Positions 1-9,997 are shown, counted from the first letter of the stretch. The stretch is DNA of 64,000 nt from an uncultured Alphaproteobacteria bacterium (GCA_963832275.1 CAWHTQ010000019.1:2093337-2157336), one strand, 5' to 3'. The notes: generated by a model not told the origin, from the letters alone. Numbers and translations: made by a program.

Positions 1-739
1 CCCGCAGCAGGTCCGCGAACCCCGCGACCTGATGGTCCGCCGTCGCCTCGCCCTTCGCCGCGGTGGCCAGGTGCGCCTCCCCGACCGTGCCCGCCGGGTT
101 CAGGTCGCTCGCGATCCATCCCCGCGCCACCGCCCCGATCGGCGGGATCGCCGCGCCCTCCGCCGCCGAGGCGAAATCCACGGCCGCGCCCATGTCCACG
201 GTGCCCGGCCGGAACGCGAGCATGAGCGACGTCTCCAGGTCCCCGCCATGGATGCCGAACGCCCGCTCGCGCGCCGAGTACATCCCGTCCGGCACCCCGA
301 ACGATCCCCACTGGCACCGCGCCGCCAGCATCCCCGCCCGGACCCGCAGCTCCCGCGTCAGGATCGACACGAGGTCCAGGTTGCCCCCGTGGCTGTTGAC
401 GCACACGATCTTGCGCACCCCCGCCCGCGCCACCGACAGCCCGATCTGCACCCACGCGTCCAGCGCCGTCGCCGCCTCCAGCGTCAGGGTCCCCCGCGCG
501 TCCAGATGCTCGTTCGACTTGCCCACGCACTGGATCGGCAGCACCCGCACGTCCAGCTCGGGCGGACAGGCGGCGCGCAGCCGCTCCAGCATCCCCGCCA
601 TGATGAAGCTGTCCGTCCCGACCGGCAGGTGCGGCCCGTGCTGCTCGATCGCCGCCGTCGGCAGCACCGCGATCACCGCCTCGGGGTCCAGCCCCTCGAA
701 CTCCGGCCGCCGGAACTCCGCCCAGTCCCGCGCGCTCAC
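1..739 (-). CDS. Creatininase-family amidohydrolase (creatinine amidohydrolase-like), 3' end beyond window
   Basis: Minus-strand translation from GTG at 739 reads VSARDWAEFRRPEFEGLDPEAVIAVLPTAAIEQHGPHLPVGTDSFI...CVNSHGGNLDLV, i.e. the EQHGPHLP..TD and HGGN motifs typical of PF02633. Open to position 1. GTG overlaps the upstream TGA (GTGA). Confidence 0.7.
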   Translation of the reverse strand, partial: MSARDWAEFRRPEFEGLDPEAVIAVLPTAAIEQHGPHLPVGTDSFIMAGMLERLRAACPPELDVRVLPIQCVGKSNEHLDARGTLTLEAATALDAWVQIGLSVARAGVRKIVCVNSHGGNLDLVSILTRELRVRAGMLAARCQWGSFGVPDGMYSARERAFGIHGGDLETSLMLAFRPGTVDMGAAVDFASAAEGAAIPPIGAVARGWIASDLNPAGTVGEAHLATAAKGEATADHQVAGFADLLR

Positions 740-1638
740 GCGTGCGCCCCGTAGGTCGCGTCGAGCCGGGAGCGCAGGTAGTCCGCCGCGCTCACGGGCG
801 GGTACTTCGCCGCCCCCGTCCCGGGCAGGGCGGCGATCACCTGATCCGGGTTCGGGTCGAGGAAGAACGCCACCGACCGCCGCTGCCGCGCCGGCGGCAG
901 GACGCGATGGGGCGTGGAGGCGTAGATGTCGTTCGTCCACCGCATCAGGCAGTCGCCGATGTTCACCACGTAGGCCCCCGGCACATGCGGCACGTCCGTC
1001 CAGTCCCCGCCGCGCGGGCGCACCTGCAGCCCGCCCTCCCCATCCGTCATCAGGAGGGTGATCGAGCCGTAATCGGTATGCGCCCCCGCCCCGATCTCCC
1101 CCGCCGCGCCGGTCGCGGGCGGGTAGTGCAGCAGGCGCAGCGTCGCCAGCGGCTCGCGCAGCGCCGCGTCGAAATGGTCCGGCGCCAGCCCCAGGTCGTC
1201 CGCGAACGCCCGGTGCACCCGCACGCCCAGATCCAGCGCCGCGTCGAAATAGGCCAGCATCGTGCCCCGGAACCCCGGCAGGTCCGGCCACGGGTTCGGC
1301 CCGCGGAACGGCTCGCCCGCCACGACCCTGGGGTCGTCCGCGGGCAGGTCGTAGCCGATCTGGAAGGTCTCCTTGGTGTCCACCTCGGAAGCGTGCTCGT
1401 CCAGCGTCTCCGCCCCCGGCCGGCCCCAGCCCCGGTTGAACGGATTGTCCTCGATCGAGAGCCCGGCCTTCGCCGCGCCCGGCAGGTCGAAGAACGCGCC
1501 CGCCCGCTCGAACACCTCGGCCCGAAGCGCCTCCGGCACCCCATGACCGGTCAGCAGGAAGAAGCCCGGCCCCCGGGCGGCCGCGCCGATGGCGGCGTGC
1601 GCGTCCGGCGCGGCGAGGTCGATGACGGGAATGCTCAT
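736..1638 (-). CDS. 2OG-Fe(II) oxygenase, isopenicillin-N-synthase-like
   Basis: 300-aa ORF MSIPVIDLAAPD...HTDYGSITLL...HRV, with the H-x-D...H facial triad and DIOX_N-like N-terminus. ATG at 1638 overlaps the upstream stop (ATGA). Confidence 0.8.
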   Translation of the reverse strand: MSIPVIDLAAPDAHAAIGAAARGPGFFLLTGHGVPEALRAEVFERAGAFFDLPGAAKAGLSIEDNPFNRGWGRPGAETLDEHASEVDTKETFQIGYDLPADDPRVVAGEPFRGPNPWPDLPGFRGTMLAYFDAALDLGVRVHRAFADDLGLAPDHFDAALREPLATLRLLHYPPATGAAGEIGAGAHTDYGSITLLMTDGEGGLQVRPRGGDWTDVPHVPGAYVVNIGDCLMRWTNDIYASTPHRVLPPARQRRSVAFFLDPNPDQVIAALPGTGAAKYPPVSAADYLRSRLDATYGAHA

Positions 1639-2226
1639 AGCGACGCGACCTTTCGTGCGACCTGTTTGAGATGGGCGGCCCGGCTTTCCGGCGTGGACGC
1701 GTCCATCCCGTAATGCATCGCGAACGCCGTCCGGCACCGCCGCGCGCAGACCGAGCGCACCCCGCGCAGCAGCGTCCGCTTGCCCGGCGCGCCCATGAGG
1801 GCCGTGAGCCAGCGTGACGCCCCCCCGGTGGTGAAGACGCCGAGCGTCCGGATATGCGTGAGCCCCGGCGCGATGTTCCCGCCTTCCGGCCCGGGCAGGC
1901 GGAACGCCACGCCGGGCACCAGCACCCGGTCGAGCCACCCCTTGAGCATCGCCGGCAGCCCGTACCACCATGTCGGATAGACGAAGATCAGCGCGTCGCA
2001 CCATTCGAGGTCCGCCACCTCCCGCGCCACCGGCTCCCGGTTCGCCGCCTCGTCGAGGTAGGCGTCCAGCTCCGCCGCGCCGCAGGCACGGCGCGAAACC
2101 CTCCGCGTAGAGGTCGCGCAGCCGCACCTCCGCTCGCTTCGCGGCGAGCCCGTCCGTCACCACGTCCCGCACGGCGGCGGTGAAGCTGTCCGCCTTCGGA
2201 TGGCAGTAGACCACCAGCGCCTTCAC
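1635..2226 (-). pseudogene. NAD(P)H dehydrogenase (quinone)/flavodoxin-like FMN reductase, frame-disrupted
   Basis: N-terminal VKALVVYCHPKADSFTAAVRDVV...DLYAEGFAPCL is in one frame and the C-terminal AREVADLEWCDALIFVYPTWWYGLPAMLKGWLDRV in another. A +1 indel lies near 2030-2090. It is a paralog of the intact downstream copy. May be a sequencing indel. Confidence 0.6.
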
Positions 2227-2804
2227 AGCGCCGCCATCTCCCGCCCGACGCGGTCCAGGAAACCGGCCCGCCGGTCCGCGGTCGCGTCGTTCATCCCGTA
2301 GAGCGCGAGGTAGCGCATCCGCTCCGGCCGGCAGACGTGCCAGAGGGACCGGGTGAAGTGCCGCCGCGGCGGATCGCCCGCCAGCAGCGCGCGCCGCCGC
2401 GCCCCGCCATAGGTCGTCACCGCCGCGAGCTTCCGGATATGGGTGAGCGCCGGCGTCACGTTCGGCCCGTCCAGGTCGAACGACACCCCCGGCAGGAACA
2501 CCCGGTCCAGGAACCCCTTCAGGATCGCGGGATACCCGAAGTTCCACACCGGGAAGACCATCACCAGGGCCTCGGCCCGCCGCAGCCGATCCACGTACTC
2601 CGCCACCGGCGCGGTGTTCGTCCCGGTGTCGTGATAGCCCCGCCGCTCCGCCCCGCTCAGCACCGGGTCGAACCCCTCGGCGTTCAGGTCGCAATCGTCC
2701 ACCGCCCACCCCCGCCCCTCCAGCGCCTCCACCGCCCGCGCGTGCAGCGCGGCCGAGAAGCTCTCGGGGCAGGGATGGGCGTAGAGCACCAGCGCCCGCG
2801 TCAT
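2223..2804 (-). CDS. NAD(P)H dehydrogenase (quinone) family protein (flavodoxin-like fold)
   Basis: MTRALVLYAHPCPESFSAALH...VMVFPVWNFGYPAILKGFLDRVF. Intact paralog of the previous gene, with a 4-nt overlap with its neighbour. Confidence 0.75.
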   Translation of the reverse strand: MTRALVLYAHPCPESFSAALHARAVEALEGRGWAVDDCDLNAEGFDPVLSGAERRGYHDTGTNTAPVAEYVDRLRRAEALVMVFPVWNFGYPAILKGFLDRVFLPGVSFDLDGPNVTPALTHIRKLAAVTTYGGARRRALLAGDPPRRHFTRSLWHVCRPERMRYLALYGMNDATADRRAGFLDRVGREMAAL

Positions 2805-4215
2805 CGGCGGCGCAGCCCCCCGTAGGCGTACATCCTCTCGAATCCCCAATGCGGGTCGTCCCAGGCGATCATCTTGCCGGGGTTCAGCAGCCCGTCCGGA
2901 TCCGCCTCGCGCTTGAAGGCGAGCTGCCGGTCGTCCACCGACTGCCGCCCGCCTTCCTCCAGCGTGTAGCGGTGCGGGTTGAAGATCATCGCGCCCGCCG
3001 CCTCGTGGATCGCCACGATCTCGTCCAGCCGCGCCTCCGTGGTGAACTTGACGAGCGACAGCCCCGCGAAGATCGTCCGCCCGCCGTCGCGCAGCGCCTC
3101 AAGATGCTGCAGCACCTCGGGCGACAGCTCCGCCCGCAGCCGCTCCACCAGCGCCAGCGGATCGTCCCCGCCATAGCGCACCTGCAGGTAGGTGATCGAC
3201 GGATCGACCTTGAGCGCCCGCAGCGTCGTGTGGTTCCACCCGTACTCGAACACCGGGCCGGGGGCCTTCTCCCAGCCCCCCTCACGCGAATCCCAGATCA
3301 GCCGCGCCGGGCGTCCGCGCCAGCAGCATGGCGAACGCGTCCATCGCGTGCGGCGCCACCATCAGCGCCGCCAGATGCGTGCCCGCCTCGACATGCGGCC
3401 GCACCCGCTGGAAGTACGCGAACGCCACCGGCGCCTCGAACACGGTCGCCAGCTTGATCAGCGTGCCGTCCGCGTCCGCCAGCGTCCGCGCGAAGCCCGC
3501 GGCCTCGCCGAAGTCCTCGAACGCCACCATCAGGTGCACCCAGTCATAGGCCGGCGCGAGCGGCATCTCGACCTCGGTGATGATCCCGTTCGTCCCGTAG
3601 GCGTGGGACACGCGCGCCAGCTCCTCGCCCCGGAACTCCAGCACCCGCGGCTCCGCCTCCATCGTCACCACGCGCAGCCGGATGATGTTCCCGGGGTCCC
3701 GCAGCGACCCCCAGGTGCACGACCCCACGCCACCCGAGCCGCCCGCGACGAACCCCCCGATCGTCGCCGTCGCCCAGGTCGAGCTGAACATCCGCAGCTC
3801 CTGGCCCGGACTGCGCGATGCACGCCGCGTCCAGGTCCTTGAGCAGGATCCCCGGCTCGCAGACCACCCGCCCCGGCGCGATCTCGCGCACCGCATTCAT
3901 GTGCTGCATGTGCATGACGCACCCGCCCGCCAGCGGCATCGCCTGCCCGTAATTGCCCGTCCCGGCCCCGCGCGTGGTCACCGGCACCCCGTGCGCATGG
4001 CACGTCGCCAGCACCTCGATCACCTCGGCCTCGGAGCGCGGCGAGACCACGAAATCCGCCTCCGCCCCGTCCAGCCGGTCCTTCAGCACCGGCGAGTACC
4101 AGAAGAAGTCGCGGCTCTTGGCGCGCACCGCCGCCGCCGACGTCTCGACGTCGAGATGCGCCAGCGCCGCCTTCGCCGCCTCCGCCCGCGAGGGCACGTC
4201 CGAGAAATCCTTCAT
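2801..4215 (-). pseudogene. FAD-linked oxidase (GlcD/D-lactate dehydrogenase-like), two frameshifts
   Basis: N-terminus MKDFSDVPS...VTTRGAGTGNYGQAMP (FAD-binding PCMH) starts at 4215. The middle (ELRMFSSTWATATIGGFVAGGSGG...) and C-terminal (VFEYGWNHTTL...IFNPHRYT) segments lie in two other frames, with shifts near 3800 and 3295. Confidence 0.65.
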
Positions 4216-5468
4216 GCCCGCTCCATCAGATGATCCAGCTCCGCGTAGCGCGGCAGCGTCCGGTCGATCGCGCGCCCGCCCCGCAGGACGATCCGGTCCG
4301 CCTGCGGCCGCGCCAGCAGCTCCGTCCACGACCGCGCGTCGCAGATCACGAGGTCCGCGGCTGCGCCGGCCGCGAGGCCCGGGGCCTCCCAGCCGCAGAT
4401 CGCGGCGGGCGTGGCGCCGAACGCCGCCACCCAGCCCGGCGCCGAATGGTCCAGATGCGCGATCCGCGTCGCCTCGCGCATGACCTCGATCATGTCGAGG
4501 TCGCCATAGGCGTAGAACGGATCGCGCGTGTTGTCGGACGCGAACGCCACCCGGATCCCCCGCTCGCGCATCTCGTGCACCAGCGTCACCCCCCGCCGCC
4601 GGGGCGTGCCCGGCCCGCGATCCTGCAGATAGAGGTTGCACATCGGCAGGCTGACCACGTCCAGCCCCGCCCGCGCCACGAGGTCCAGCGTGTCCATCGC
4701 CCGCGCCTCGTCCTGCGTGCCGAGCGAGCAGCAATGCCCCACCACGACAGGCGCGTCGAACCCCGTCTCGATCACCGCCTCCGCGATCACGCGCAGCGTC
4801 TCGGACGAGGCGTCCATCGTCTCGTCCACGTGGAAGTCCGCCGCCAGCCCGCGCGCGGCCGCCATCCCGAGGAACCCCCGCACCCGCGCCGCGATGTCCG
4901 GCACCGGATAGGTCACCATCCCCAGCACGCCGCCATGCTCCGCCACCAGGTCCGCCGTGTGCGCGAACGGCCCGTCCACCGAGAACCTGTCGCACCCGAT
5001 CAGGCAGGCCCCCTGCAGCTCGATCCGCCCCGCCCACCTCTCCCGCATCTGCGCGAAGACGGGCCAGGAGATGTCGTCCTGCGGCGGGATCGAATCCAGG
5101 TGCGTGCGCACCCGCGCCGTCCCGTGGGCGAAGGCGCAGCGCAGCGCGAAGTCCATCCGCGCGCTCACGTCCTGCGCCGTCCAGTTCGCCGCGCTGTCCG
5201 CCCGCACGGCGCCCAGCGCCCCGTCGAACGTCCCGTCCGGATTCGCCGCGCGGGGCCAGATGTGCCCCTTGTCCAGATGCGTGTGCATGTCCGTGAAGCA
5301 CGGCAGCACCATCGCCCCCGCCATCTCCACCCGCGTGCCGCCCCTGGGGGCCCCGTCCGTCAGCGCCCCGTCCGTCAGCGCCCCGTCCGCCAGGTGAAGG
5401 TCCGTCCGCACGAGGTCGCCCGCCGCCCCGATCAGGCAGGCGGGCACCGTGACGTCCCCGAGCGTCAT
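4212..5468 (-). CDS. Amidohydrolase, cytosine deaminase-like (Amidohydro_3)
   Basis: 418 aa with HTHLDKG metal-binding motif plus HVDE and DN(T) motifs, resembling CodA/AtzC-type deaminases. ATG at 5468. Contains an in-frame DGALTDGALTDGA tandem repeat. Confidence 0.8.
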   Translation of the reverse strand: MTLGDVTVPACLIGAAGDLVRTDLHLADGALTDGALTDGAPRGGTRVEMAGAMVLPCFTDMHTHLDKGHIWPRAANPDGTFDGALGAVRADSAANWTAQDVSARMDFALRCAFAHGTARVRTHLDSIPPQDDISWPVFAQMRERWAGRIELQGACLIGCDRFSVDGPFAHTADLVAEHGGVLGMVTYPVPDIAARVRGFLGMAAARGLAADFHVDETMDASSETLRVIAEAVIETGFDAPVVVGHCCSLGTQDEARAMDTLDLVARAGLDVVSLPMCNLYLQDRGPGTPRRRGVTLVHEMRERGIRVAFASDNTRDPFYAYGDLDMIEVMREATRIAHLDHSAPGWVAAFGATPAAICGWEAPGLAAGAAADLVICDARSWTELLARPQADRIVLRGGRAIDRTLPRYAELDHLMERA

Positions 5469-5497
5469 CGGCCCGGATGGCAGGTCCCGGAACCCCC

Positions 5498-6373
5498 TCA
5501 CGTCTCGCGCTTCAACGCCGATTCGTGCCAGTGCCGCAGCAGCAGGTGCGACAGCACCGACAGCGCCGCGAAGATGAACACCCCCATCGCCGCCACCAGC
5601 GCCAGCGCCGCGAACATGCGCGCGATGTTGAGCCGGTAGCCCGCCTCCTGGATGCGGAACGCCAGCCCCGCGCCCACGCCGCCCGTGCCCGCCACCAGCT
5701 CGGCCACGACGGCCCCGATCAGCGACAGCCCCCCGGCGATCTTCAGACCGCCCAGGAAGTAGGGCAGGGCGCTCGGCAGTTGCAGGTGCACCAGCCGCTG
5801 CCACCGGCTCGCCCCGTAGATGCGGAACAGGTCCCGCAGCCCCGAATCGACCGAGTTCAGCCCCAGCGTCGTCGAGGACAGCATCGGGAAGAACGCGACC
5901 AGCCATGCGCAGAGCAGCATCCCCGCCGTCTTGTTCTCCACGTAGATGAAGATCAGCGGCGCGATCGCCACCACCGGCGTCACCTGCAGGATCACCGCGA
6001 CGGGATAGAAGCTCATCTCCATCGCCTTGGACTGGTTGAACACGATCGCCAGCCCCGCGCCCCCGATCACCGCCAGCCCCAGCGCCATCAGCGTGATCCG
6101 CCCGGTCAGCAGCGCCGCGTCGAACAGGATCGGGAAGTCGTCCGTCAGGCTGCCCCAGACCAGGGCCGGTCCGGGCAGGATGTAGTGCGGGATCTCGTTC
6201 CAGACGACGATCCGGTCCCACATGAGGATCGCCACCACCACCACCAGCAGCGGCATCGCCCAGCGGCCGGTGCGCTCCCAGGCCGCGCGCCGCCGCCGCG
6301 CGGTCTCGTCCGCGTCCAGCTGCACGGGCGCGCTCGCCGGCACCGCCGTCGGGGCCGCGCTGGTCTCCGTCAT
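5498..6373 (-). CDS. ABC transporter permease, NitT/TauT family
   Basis: 291 aa MTETSAAP... with 6 predicted TM segments and a binding-protein-dependent transport signature. ATGA overlap with the upstream ATPase. Confidence 0.85.
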   Translation of the reverse strand: MTETSAAPTAVPASAPVQLDADETARRRRAAWERTGRWAMPLLVVVVAILMWDRIVVWNEIPHYILPGPALVWGSLTDDFPILFDAALLTGRITLMALGLAVIGGAGLAIVFNQSKAMEMSFYPVAVILQVTPVVAIAPLIFIYVENKTAGMLLCAWLVAFFPMLSSTTLGLNSVDSGLRDLFRIYGASRWQRLVHLQLPSALPYFLGGLKIAGGLSLIGAVVAELVAGTGGVGAGLAFRIQEAGYRLNIARMFAALALVAAMGVFIFAALSVLSHLLLRHWHESALKRET

Positions 6374-7140
6374 GCCGCCACCCTCTCGCCCATCGCCTCG
6401 TGCAGCGCCGCCGTCGCCGCCCGGCAGTGCGCCGCGTATTCGGGCGAGGTGCGGAAGTCCTCCGAGCGCGGGTAGGGCTCGTCCACCGCAAGCTCCGCGA
6501 TCACCCGCCCCGGCCGCGCCGCCATCACCACGATCCGGTTGGACAGGAACACGCTCTCGAAAACCGAATGGGTGACGAAGATCACCGTGCACCCGATCCG
6601 CCGCTGCAGCGCCAGCAGGTCGTCGTTCAGCTTGAACCGCGTGATCTCGTCCAGCGCCGCGAAGGGCTCGTCCATCAGGATCAGGCGCGGGCGCGTCACC
6701 ATCGCCCGCGCGATGGACACCCGCATCCGCATGCCCCCGGACAGCTCGCGCGGATACGCGTCCTCGAACCCGTCCAGGCCCACCTCGGCCAGCGCCTCGC
6801 GCACGTCCCCCTCGGCCTCCGCGTAGCTGCGCCCGCGCAGCCGCCAGGGCAGCCACACGTTCCGCGCCACCGTGGCCCAGGGCATCAGCGTCGCCTCCTG
6901 GAACACCACGCCCAGGTCCCCGATCCCGTGATCCCCCGACCATGCGATCCGCCCCGCGCTGGGCCGCATCAGGTCCGCGATCAGGCGCAGGGCCGTCGAC
7001 TTCCCGCACCCGGACGGGCCCAGGAGCGACAGGAAATCCCCCTGCCGCACCGCGAGGTCCATCCCCCGCAGCGCCACCACGTCGGTGCCGAAGGTCTTGC
7101 CGACCCCGACCATCGACAGGAGAGGCGCGCCGCCGCTCAC
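6370..7140 (-). CDS. ABC transporter ATP-binding protein, NitT/TauT family
   Basis: Walker A GPSGCGKST, signature LSGGMRMRV, Walker B ILMDEP. A GTG start at 7140 gives VSGGAPLLSMVGVGKTFG and overlaps the upstream stop (GTGA). Confidence 0.85.
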   Translation of the reverse strand: MSGGAPLLSMVGVGKTFGTDVVALRGMDLAVRQGDFLSLLGPSGCGKSTALRLIADLMRPSAGRIAWSGDHGIGDLGVVFQEATLMPWATVARNVWLPWRLRGRSYAEAEGDVREALAEVGLDGFEDAYPRELSGGMRMRVSIARAMVTRPRLILMDEPFAALDEITRFKLNDDLLALQRRIGCTVIFVTHSVFESVFLSNRIVVMAARPGRVIAELAVDEPYPRSEDFRTSPEYAAHCRAATAALHEAMGERVAA

Positions 7141-8129
7141 GGCCGCAGGTCGGCGCCCACGTTCTTGTTGGTGAACGCGGTCGTGAACGCGGCCTGCCAG
7201 TCGATCGCCCCGTCCACCACGCCCGATTCCACCATCAGGTCGAAGAAGTCCTTCACCGTCGCCTCGGTCATCGCGCCGATGCCCATCTCGTCCGCCTCGC
7301 CCGAATCCACGATCCCGCGCGCCTTCATCATGTCCCGCGCGAAGTCGATCTTGTCCTGGCTCATGTCCGGGTTCGCCTCCAGGATCAGGGCGTCCGCCCC
7401 CGACGCGTCGCCGTAGAGATAGGTGTACCACCCCTTCACCGACCCATCGACGAAGCACGCCACCTGCTCGGGCGTCTCCTCGATCGTCTGCGCCATCGTC
7501 TCGATCGTCGTCGCGTAGGACGAGTACCCCGCATCCGCGATCAGGAACACGTCCGGCACGATCCCGGACGCCTTCTCGACCGCGTAGGGCTCCGAGCTGA
7601 GGTAGCCCTGCATCCCCACCCCCTCGTCGGCGATGAACGGCGCGGGGTTGAACGTGTAGGGCTGGCGCTGCTCCACGGTGAACCCGTGCGCGGCGATCAT
7701 CCACTGGTAGTAGCTCGCGAACCCGTTGTCCCCGATCAGCAGCGTCAGGTCCTTCAGGTCGTCGAACGTCTCGGCCACCCCGGGATGCGCCAGGATCACC
7801 TGCGGATGCTTCTGGAAGATCGCGGCCACCGCCACGACCGGGATGCCCTCGCCGACCGCGTTGAACGCCTGCAGCAGGTCGCCGCCCATGTGGTAGTCGA
7901 TCCGCCCGGCCAGCATCAGGGCGCGGTTGTTCACCTGCGGCCCCCCCGGCACGATCGTCACGTCCAGCCCGCATTCCGCGTAGGTCCCGTCCGCGACCGA
8001 CTGGTAGAACCCGCCATGCTCGGCCTGCGCGACCCAGTTGGTGCCGAAGCTCACCGGGATGAGGTCCTGCGCGGCGGCGGGCGCGGCCAGGATCGCGAGC
8101 GCGAAGGCGGGGGTCGTGGATCGGATCAT
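7137..8129 (-). CDS. ABC transporter substrate-binding protein, NMT1/THI5-like
   Basis: MIRSTTPAFALAILAAPAAAQ signal peptide, then an SsuA/ThiY-like periplasmic domain. ATG at 8129. Confidence 0.8.
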   Translation of the reverse strand: MIRSTTPAFALAILAAPAAAQDLIPVSFGTNWVAQAEHGGFYQSVADGTYAECGLDVTIVPGGPQVNNRALMLAGRIDYHMGGDLLQAFNAVGEGIPVVAVAAIFQKHPQVILAHPGVAETFDDLKDLTLLIGDNGFASYYQWMIAAHGFTVEQRQPYTFNPAPFIADEGVGMQGYLSSEPYAVEKASGIVPDVFLIADAGYSSYATTIETMAQTIEETPEQVACFVDGSVKGWYTYLYGDASGADALILEANPDMSQDKIDFARDMMKARGIVDSGEADEMGIGAMTEATVKDFFDLMVESGVVDGAIDWQAAFTTAFTNKNVGADLRP

Positions 8130-8327
8130 GGGGTCCTCCCTGGGGGCGTCGTTGCGTCCAGATTGTGCCCGGCGGCGGGGCCGGGGAAAGGGCGCGCCCC
8201 GTCCTCCCGGCCGCCTCCGCCGATCCTCCGCCCGTTTTCGCGCCATGTCGAGGGCGGCGCCTCATCCTTGGGCATCTCCCGCGCCGCGCCGCTGGACGGC
8301 GCCCGCCCCGCGCGCCATCCCGGCCCC

Positions 8328-8738
8328 ATGGCACGCCCCCCGATCTTCGACGCGGTCACGTCCCCGGACCTCCCCGCCCCCCTCGCCAACTACGCACACG
8401 CGGTCCTCGCCCCCCCCGGCGCCCGCCTCCTGGTGACGTCCGGCCAGCTCGCCATGCGCCCCGACGGCACCATCCCCGAAGGGGCCGAGGCCCAAGCGCA
8501 CCAGTGCTTCCACCAAATCGCCGCCATCCTAGCCGCCGCCGGCGCCGGCCCCGCCAACGTCCTGCGCCTCAACGCCTACGTCACCGCCCGCGAGCACATG
8601 CCCGCCTACATGACCGCCCGCGACGCCTTCCTCGGGGGCCTCACGCCGCCCCCGGCCTCGACGCTGGTGATCGTGGGAGGGTTCACGCGGGCGGAGTTTC
8701 TGGTGGAGGTGGAGGCGACGGCCGCCATAGGGGCCTGA
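8328..8738 (+). CDS. RidA/YjgF family enamine/imine deaminase
   Basis: 136 aa MARPPIFDAVTSPDLPAPLANYAHAV...VGGFTRAEFLVEVEATAAI, the canonical RidA fold signature. Divergent from the ABC operon. Confidence 0.85.
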   Translation: MARPPIFDAVTSPDLPAPLANYAHAVLAPPGARLLVTSGQLAMRPDGTIPEGAEAQAHQCFHQIAAILAAAGAGPANVLRLNAYVTAREHMPAYMTARDAFLGGLTPPPASTLVIVGGFTRAEFLVEVEATAAIGA

Positions 8739-8799
8739 GCGGCCTCGGACGGGCACCCGGACGGACCCGCTGCGGGGCGGGCCCGTCGCCCGATCTCGT

Positions 8800-9630
8800 T
8801 CAGCGTCCGCGCCGGACGTGCCGTACCCCGCCCAGACCGCCGAGCCCCGCAATCAGGAGCAGGGCGGTGGCCGGCAGCGGGATCGGCGACGGCTCGCCGA
8901 AGATGAAGTCGTCCATCACCACGAAGTCGCCGCCTACGATATCCTCGAAGGCCTCGCCGTCGAAGACGGAGTTGCCCGTCACGATCTCGACGCTCGCGAC
9001 CACCGGGGCGTCGAACACGATCCCGAGGAAGGAGAACGTCTCCTCCCCCTCCGTCGCCGGCACCGCGCCGTTGAAGAGCAGGTCGCCGTCTATATCGAAG
9101 AAGGACATCGTCGTCAGGTCCGCGAGGTCCACGTCCGAGAACACGACGCCCAGACCGGCGGTCAGGGCGCTCACGTCGGGCCGCGCAGGGTCGAAGAACT
9201 CCACGATCGTCACGTTGCTGCCGACCGGCGTGAAGAGGCGTTCCTGGCTGAAGGGCTCGAAGACGAAGTCCTGACCGAACTGGACGGGCTCGCCGGAGGC
9301 GGCCGTCGAGCTGAGCTGGAAGCCGTCGCCGGGGGTGGAGAACTCGATCCCCCGGGCCCGCGGCGCGGCAGGGAAGTTGAAGAAGTCGCCGGGGAACCCG
9401 TTGGGGTCGGCGACCGCGTCCGGCGCCGCGTCCCAGTCGATCTGCCGCCTGCCGCCGTCGAAGTTGACCGGCTGGTTGGGGTTGAGCGCGCCCAGCTCGG
9501 CGCGGAAGTCGTCCACGACGCCCTGGATCGCCGCCGCGTCCGTCCCGGTCCCGAGAAACACGGTCGCCGCTTGGGCAGCCGGCGCGAGTCCTGCGGTGAG
9601 GACCGCACCAAATATCAGGCCAATTTTCAT
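8800..9630 (-). CDS. Secreted protein with VPLPA-CTERM sorting domain
   Basis: N-terminal signal MKIGLIFGAVLTAGLAPAAQA. C-terminus IPLPATALLLIAGLGGLGGVRHVRRGR matches the VPLPA-CTERM architecture of motif, TM helix and basic tail. AT-richer start with GGAGAG RBS. Confidence 0.6.
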   Translation of the reverse strand: MKIGLIFGAVLTAGLAPAAQAATVFLGTGTDAAAIQGVVDDFRAELGALNPNQPVNFDGGRRQIDWDAAPDAVADPNGFPGDFFNFPAAPRARGIEFSTPGDGFQLSSTAASGEPVQFGQDFVFEPFSQERLFTPVGSNVTIVEFFDPARPDVSALTAGLGVVFSDVDLADLTTMSFFDIDGDLLFNGAVPATEGEETFSFLGIVFDAPVVASVEIVTGNSVFDGEAFEDIVGGDFVVMDDFIFGEPSPIPLPATALLLIAGLGGLGGVRHVRRGR

Positions 9631-9997
9631 CGAACGTACCTCTCCAATTGGGAGCGCCGCGCCGACGCGCAGGCTCGACCGCGTTGTCCAGGTGGGCCGC
9701 GTTCACCGCCGCCCACGTCACGGTCGCACGAACCTCGCGCCCTTACCAAACGTAAACGCGTTCCCTCGGCATTCTCCCGCGCATCGCCGCGGGGGGGCGT
9801 CGCGACCCGAGCCGACGGTCCGGGGCGGGCGGCGCCCCGCGCTTTCCCTCCGAGACGCCGTTGTCGGGACCGCCGGATCGCGGTCCATGACGGTTGCCGA
9901 TCACCGATTTGTCGGCGGTCATCCCGCTCGGCATCTCTACGCACGCCGCGCGGGCGCGGCCCTCGCCGAACGGGCCCTGTCGGGCGGGGCCACGTCC

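Noticed and set aside
32-1061. Plus-strand ORFs 32..754 and 63..1061 (240 and 332 aa)
   Set aside because: They are Arg/Pro/Ala-rich low-complexity translations antisense to a well-supported creatininase gene. Such shadows are typical in 70% GC DNA.
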